Shown in pieces: positions 57,310 through 64,000 of a stretch of DNA of 64,000 nt. The DNA comes from an uncultured Gemmatimonadales bacterium (GTDB taxonomy: Bacteria; Gemmatimonadota; Gemmatimonadetes; Gemmatimonadales; GWC2-71-9), in the NCBI GenBank assembly GCA_963739455.1, contig CAVUAK010000001.1:1216001-1280000 (forward strand). Reading direction: 5' to 3'. The notes under the pieces were generated by a model. It worked only from the letters and a program-made list of their open reading frames with translations. It did no database searches and had not been told where the DNA came from. The first letter of the stretch is position 1. Each line of letters opens with the position of its first letter. The translations under genes and the position numbers were made by a program.

Positions 57310-59005
57310 ATGAATCTCTCCCGACGTGACGACTACGATGTCTGCATCATCGGTTCCGGCGCAGGCGGTGGTATGGCGGCGTATGCCCTGACCAAGGCGG
57401 GTGCCCGCGTCGTGGTGCTGGAGGCGGGCGGTCCCTGGGACAACATGTCGAGCGACAGTGCCATGCTGAGGTGGCCCTACGACTCCCAGCGACGCGGCGC
57501 CGCGACGAAGGAGCGGCCGTTCGGGGAGTTCGACGCCTGCATCGGCGGCTGGGAGATCGCCGGCGAACCGTACTCGCGCGCCGAGGGGACGAAGTTCAGC
57601 TGGTGGCGGGCCCGGATGGTGGGGGGGCGTACCAACCACTGGGGCCGCATCTCCCTTCGGTTCGGGCCCGACGACTTCCGGCGCGGTGAACTGGACGGCT
57701 TGTCACCCAACTGGCCGATCGGCTATTCCGACATCAGTCCCTACTACGACCAGCTCGATCGCCTGGTGGGCCTCTTCGGCAGCAACGAGGGAGTGCCCAA
57801 CTCGCCGGACGGGATCTTCATGCCTCCGCCGCGGCCGCGGGCGTACGAGCTGCTGGTGATGAACGCGGCGAAGAAGCAGAACGTCACCTGCATTCCCGGA
57901 CGCCTGTCGGTGATCACCAAGCCGCTCAATGGCCGCTCGGCGTGTCACTACTGTGGGCAGTGCAACCGCGGCTGCGAAGTCAACGCAAATTTCTCCAGCA
58001 CCAATGTGCTGCTGGCGCCGGCAATGCAGACAGGGAAGCTGACGCTGGTGACGCATGCGATGGCGCGCGAGGTGACACTCGATGCGCAAGGCCGGGCGAA
58101 CGGTGTCAACTATGTCGATACGCTCGACCGGCGGCGACAAGAATGTTCGCGCGCGCGTGGTGGTGCTGGCGGCGAGTGCGCTGGAGTCGGCCCGGCTGCT
58201 GCTGAACTCGAAGTCATCGAAGTTTCCCAACGGCCTGGCGAACTCGAGCGGGCAGGTGGGGAAGGATCTCACCGACACGACGGGGACGGATGTCGCGGGG
58301 TTCATCCCGAGGCTGGTGGGCCGGACGATCTACAACGAGGACGGCGCCGGCGGCGGTCACGTCTACATGCCATGGTGGCTGGACAACTCGAAGCTGGATT
58401 TCCCCCGGGGATACCATATCGAGGTGTGGGGCGGACTGGACCAGCCGAGTGCCGGGTTCATGGGCGGTATCCAGAGGTATCCGAGTGGCGGCGGCTGGGG
58501 AGCAAAGCTGAAGAACGACTATCGGCGCTACTACGGGACGACGGTGGGGTTCTCGGGACGGGGCGAGATGATCCCGAACGCGGGGACATACTGCGAGATC
58601 GACCCGACGCTCAAGGACAAGTACGGGATCCCGGCGCTCAACTTCCACTGGAAGTTCACCGACTACGAGTACAACCAGGTGCGTCACATGCAGCAGACGT
58701 TCCGTGGGCCTATCGAGGCGATGGGAGGCGAGGTGTTCGACTCGATGCCGACGGCGCAGGAAGGCTATGGCATCGCGGATGGCGGGACGATCATCCACGA
58801 ACTCGGCGGCACCAAGATGGGTGCAAATCCCGCGACGTCGGTGCTGAACACGAACTGCCAGGCGCACGATGTGCCGAACCTGTTCGTGGCCGATGGGGGA
58901 CCGTTCGTGTCGCAGGCGGACAAGAACCCGACGTGGACGATCATGGCACTGAGTTGGCGGACAGCCGATTACATCGCGGCTCAACGTCGCGCGGGGGCCT
59001 TGTGA
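57310..59005 (+). CDS. GMC family flavoprotein oxidoreductase (frameshift near 58130)
   Basis: 'IIGSGAGGG', 'GGRTNHWGR', 'CHYCGQCNRGC', 'IIHELGG', 'KNPTWTIMAL'. Confidence 0.92.
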
Positions 59006-59006
59006 C

Positions 59007-59128
59007 GGGCCGGTCGGGCGGGGCGCCCCTCTCGGGGAAAGGGGAACGCACGCCGGAGTTCCCCGTCGATTGCGTCCACGGGTGCGTTCCACGATCCCCT
59101 TCGAGGGGCGCCCCATCCCTCCCGGCCC
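59007..59128. repeat. Long imperfect palindrome, probably related to the 61017 and 62342 elements
   Basis: GGGCCGG..GGGGCGCCCCTC TC GGGGA..GGAACGCAC ... GTGCGTTCC..TCCCC TTC GAGGGGCGCCCC..CCGGCCC. Confidence 0.75.
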
Positions 59129-59152
59129 ATTTCACCTTCAATCCGCAATCAC

Positions 59153-59767
59153 ATGACTGACGCTCGGATCGACCGTCGTGAAGCGTTGGCCGGGATCGGC
59201 TTCAGCGCCATGGCCGCGTACGGCATCGGGACGCCAACCTGGCAGCGCTTCCAGCGGCTCCTCGCCGAAGGGGGGATGCGGGCGTTCTTCACGGCCGCCG
59301 AGCTGGCGAAGCTGGGGAGACTGGCAGACCTGATCATCCCGAGCGACGAGCGATCGGGGAGTGCCACCGACTCGGGTGCCCTGGTCTACATGGACTTCGT
59401 GGTGGGCGAGTCGAGCCCGAAGACACAGCAGGCGTGGCGCGATGGGCTCAAGTGGTATGACGACGAGAGCCAGCGACGCTTCCAGAAGATGTTCATCGAG
59501 TGCACAGACGCCCAGCGCGGGGAAATTCTTGATTCCGTGGCATGGCCTGCCAAGACGGACCAGGCCCTGAAGCCACAAGCAGAGTTCTTCAATCGGCTGC
59601 GGGACCTCACGGCGTCGGCATTCTTCTCGAGCAAGATGGGCGTCGCAGACCTGGGCTACGTCGGCAACGTGCCGAACCCGGTCTGGACGGGCGCGCCCAA
59701 GGCGGCGCTCGATGAGCTGGGCGTGAGCTACGCCGAGTGGGACAAGAAATACGGGAACCTCAAGTGA
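59153..59767 (+). CDS. Gluconate 2-dehydrogenase subunit 3 family protein (Tat-like signal)
   Basis: 'IDRREAL', 'LADLIIPSD..SGSA', 'FFSSKMGVADLGYVGN'. Confidence 0.88.
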   Translation: MTDARIDRREALAGIGFSAMAAYGIGTPTWQRFQRLLAEGGMRAFFTAAELAKLGRLADLIIPSDERSGSATDSGALVYMDFVVGESSPKTQQAWRDGLKWYDDESQRRFQKMFIECTDAQRGEILDSVAWPAKTDQALKPQAEFFNRLRDLTASAFFSSKMGVADLGYVGNVPNPVWTGAPKAALDELGVSYAEWDKKYGNLK

Positions 59768-61008
59768 AGACTCCGAGGAAGCTCGGTATCGGGATCATCG
59801 GCAGCGGGTTCAATGCGCAGTTCCACCTCCGGGCATTCCAGCAGGTGCGCGACTGCGAGGTGCTGGGCGTCTGGAGCCCCAACGCCCGCAATGCTGCATC
59901 GACCGCTCGCATGGCGCGCGACCTCGACCTGGGCGACACGACGGCGCACAAGTCGATCAAGGAGATGGTCGCAAACCCCGACATTCACGCGATCTGGCTC
60001 TGCGGACCGAACCACGCGCGGATCGAGAACGTGGAGGAAATCGTCCACACGCTCGAGCGCGGGAAGGGCGAACTGATCGGGCTGGCCTGTGAGAAACCGC
60101 TGGCACGGAACGTTGCTGAAGCGAAGGAAGTGGCGGCGCTGGCGCGTTCGGTGCGCCTCAAGACGGGGTACCTGGAGAACCAGGTCTTTGCACCGCAGGT
60201 GGAGGCTGGGAAGGCGCTGCTGTGGGCTCGTGGTGCCAAGCTGACCGGAAGGCCGTACCTCGCCCGTGCGGCAGAGGAGCACAGTGGTCCGCACGCGCCG
60301 TGGTTCTGGCGGGGCCGGCTGCAGGGTGGCGGGGTCCTCAACGACATGATGTGCCACTCGGCGCTGATGGTGCGGCACCTGCTCACCGAGCCGGGGCAGC
60401 CGTTGTCGAGCGTGAAGGTGAAGCGGATCACGGGGCATATCGCGTCACTCAAGTGGACGCGGCCGGCCTATGCGAAGCAGCTGGCGAAGGAGATGAAGGG
60501 GACGAACTACCGGAACGCCCCCGCCGAAGACTTCGCGAGCATCAACATCGAGTTCGAGACGGCCGATGGGCACACGGTAATCGGCGAGGCGACGACGAGC
60601 TGGAGCTTTGTCGGCGCGGGGCTCCGGTTGTCGGCGGAACTGCTGGGACCGGAGTACTCGATGTCGTGGAATTCGCTGGATGCGGGGCTCAAGCTGTTCT
60701 TCTCGCGGCGGGTGCGGGGGAAGACGGGCGAGGACCTGGTGGAGAAGCAGAACGCCGAGATGGGGCAGATGCCGGTGGTCGCCGAGGAGTTCGCCGCGTA
60801 CGGATACACGAACGAGGATCGGCATTTTGTGCGGGCATTCCTGGGGAAGGAGAAGGCCAGGCTGACGTTTGCCGACGGCGTCGAGGTGGTGCGGATGCTG
60901 ATGGCGGCGTACCAGAGTGCGGAGCAGGGAAAGACGATCGCGTTTCCGCCCGCGGGGCTGGACAAGTTTGTGCCGAAGGTGGCCAAGGGGACCTGGCGGC
61001 CACGCTGA
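59764..61008 (+). CDS. Gfo/Idh/MocA family oxidoreductase
   Basis: 'GIIGSG', 'CEKPLA', 'GGGVLNDMMCH'. Confidence 0.9.
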   Translation: MKTPRKLGIGIIGSGFNAQFHLRAFQQVRDCEVLGVWSPNARNAASTARMARDLDLGDTTAHKSIKEMVANPDIHAIWLCGPNHARIENVEEIVHTLERGKGELIGLACEKPLARNVAEAKEVAALARSVRLKTGYLENQVFAPQVEAGKALLWARGAKLTGRPYLARAAEEHSGPHAPWFWRGRLQGGGVLNDMMCHSALMVRHLLTEPGQPLSSVKVKRITGHIASLKWTRPAYAKQLAKEMKGTNYRNAPAEDFASINIEFETADGHTVIGEATTSWSFVGAGLRLSAELLGPEYSMSWNSLDAGLKLFFSRRVRGKTGEDLVEKQNAEMGQMPVVAEEFAAYGYTNEDRHFVRAFLGKEKARLTFADGVEVVRMLMAAYQSAEQGKTIAFPPAGLDKFVPKVAKGTWRPR

Positions 61009-61016
61009 TCTGGACG

Positions 61017-61128
61017 GGTCGGGGTGGTCCCCCTCTCGACCACTCGCTGCGGCCTGGAAATACATCCGTACCATGACTCCTCCGTCCGTGCCGCCGCAGA
61101 TAGTGGTCTCGAGGGGATCACCCCGACC
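61017..61128. repeat. Structured intergenic element, copy A
   Basis: Long hairpin sharing a core with 62342-62470. Confidence 0.8.
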
Positions 61129-61131
61129 GGC

Positions 61132-62319
61132 CTAGGCCGCCTGTTTGACTGCGGGCCTGAACACCACTGCGAATAGCACCAATATCCCTACCGCGAGACC
61201 CGCCGGTACCAGCCAGATCCCGCGCCAGTCGTGACCGCCTCCCGCCAGCACATGGGCGTCCACCACCACACCTGACACCCAGCTGCCGATGAGGTAGCCC
61301 AGGCCCTGCGTCACCAGGGTGATGAAGCCCTGCGCCGCCGCCCGGATCGACTCTCCCGCCTGTGAATCGACGTAGATCTGCCCCGTCACGAAGAAGAAAT
61401 CGTAGCAGACGCCGTGCAGCAGGATTCCGGCGTAGAGCATCCACACCGCCGGCCCGACGTTGCCGAAGGCGAACAGGGTGTAGCGGAGCGCCCAGGCGAG
61501 CATGCCGACGATGAGGATGCGCTTGACCCCGAACCTCGCCAGGAAGAATGGCAGGAGGACCATGAAGCCGATCTCGCTCATCTGGCCCAGGGTCATCTTG
61601 CTGGCGGCCTGGGGCCAACCGGACTCATTCAGGAAGAGGTTGGTGAAGGCGTAGTAGAACTGGAGCGGAATGCAGAGCAGGAACGAGCCAACAACGAACG
61701 CCGCGAAGGAGCGGTCCTTCATGAGGCTCAATGCATCGAGCCCGAGCACGTCGCGGATGCTGAGCGGCTTGCCGGCCGCGTGCGGTGGCGTGTGCGGCAG
61801 GAGGAAGGAGAAGAGCCCCAGTGCCACTGATGCGCCGGCCGCAATGCGCATGGGGACGGCGGTGGCCTCGAGCGCCAGCGCACCGACCACCAGTCCTGCC
61901 ACGATCCAGCCGATGGTGCCGAGCACGCGAATGAGGGGAAACTCCTTCGCGGTGTCCTTGATATGGTCAAACGAGATGGAGTTGGTCAGCGCCAGCGTGG
62001 GCATGTAGCAGAGTGCGTAGGCGATGAGGACCGGGTAGAACGCGCCGAATGTCGTGAGTGTGGATGCGTACCAGAGGAGGGCGCCACCGGCCAGGTGGAG
62101 GATGCCAAGGATCTTCTGGGAGGCGAAGAAGCGATCGGCGACCATGCCAAAGAACAGTGGTGCCACGATGGCGCCGATGGCCATGGAGCCGTACGCTGCA
62201 CCGATCTGGACGCCATCGAAGTGGAGCGTGGTGCCGAGGAAAGTGCCGAGCGTGACGAACCAGGCGCCCCAGATGAAGTACTGGAGGAACATCATGACCG
62301 ACAGGCGAGTTCGGATCAC
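61132..62319 (-). CDS. nupG: Nucleoside:H+ symporter family MFS permease
   Basis: '[16 protein letters not shown]', 'GMVADRF', 'IRVLGTIGW', 'GQMSE', '[10 protein letters not shown]'. Confidence 0.9.
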   Translation of the reverse strand: MIRTRLSVMMFLQYFIWGAWFVTLGTFLGTTLHFDGVQIGAAYGSMAIGAIVAPLFFGMVADRFFASQKILGILHLAGGALLWYASTLTTFGAFYPVLIAYALCYMPTLALTNSISFDHIKDTAKEFPLIRVLGTIGWIVAGLVVGALALEATAVPMRIAAGASVALGLFSFLLPHTPPHAAGKPLSIRDVLGLDALSLMKDRSFAAFVVGSFLLCIPLQFYYAFTNLFLNESGWPQAASKMTLGQMSEIGFMVLLPFFLARFGVKRILIVGMLAWALRYTLFAFGNVGPAVWMLYAGILLHGVCYDFFFVTGQIYVDSQAGESIRAAAQGFITLVTQGLGYLIGSWVSGVVVDAHVLAGGGHDWRGIWLVPAGLAVGILVLFAVVFRPAVKQAA

Positions 62320-62341
62320 TGGCTGCTCCTAGTGTTGCGCG

Positions 62342-62465
62342 CGTAGCCCGGAATGGTGGTCGCCATCTCGACCACCCGCTGCAGCTTGGAAATACCTCCG
62401 CAATGCCAGGCCCCTCAATCCGTGCCGCTGCAGATGGTGGTCTCGACGGCGACTCACCATTCCGG

Positions 62466-62470
<5 letters not shown>
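62342..62470. repeat. Structured intergenic element, copy B
   Basis: Long hairpin sharing a core with 61017-61128, with compensatory changes. Confidence 0.8.

Positions 62471-64000
<1,530 letters not shown>

Overview
A high-GC bacterial chromosomal segment with about 55 genes and two tRNAs (Asn-GTT, Ala-CGC). Gene content and style suggest Gemmatimonadota; this is an inference. Many genes, including housekeeping ones (argR, nadE, mlaE, prfC), are split by single-base frameshifts, which most likely reflects long-read assembly indels, so I report reconstructed genes. Most content is ordinary: Ser/Thr kinases, Moco-maturation genes, a multicopper oxidase, tandem amidohydrolases, ptrB, HmuY/TonB/BtuF-like uptake, MntR/MntH, crcB, nadE, Mla ABC, rnz, photolyase, an HD-GYP protein, a GMC/gluconate-2-DH-subunit-3/Gfo/NupG sugar cluster and prfC. 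Best candidates for undescribed biology: (1) a family of 110-130 nt structured intergenic repeats with compensatory base changes around nupG and in the GMC operon; (2) an N6-adenine methyltransferase plus SNF2-like helicase pair with no recognisable nuclease, whose start codon lies in a strong hairpin; (3) an ATP-grasp ligase coupled to a four-zinc-ribbon HExxH metallopeptidase; (4) a secreted DUF4384-like protein with a long WG/GW repeat. I found no CRISPR array, integrase or transposase. All family assignments are from motif recognition, not database searches.
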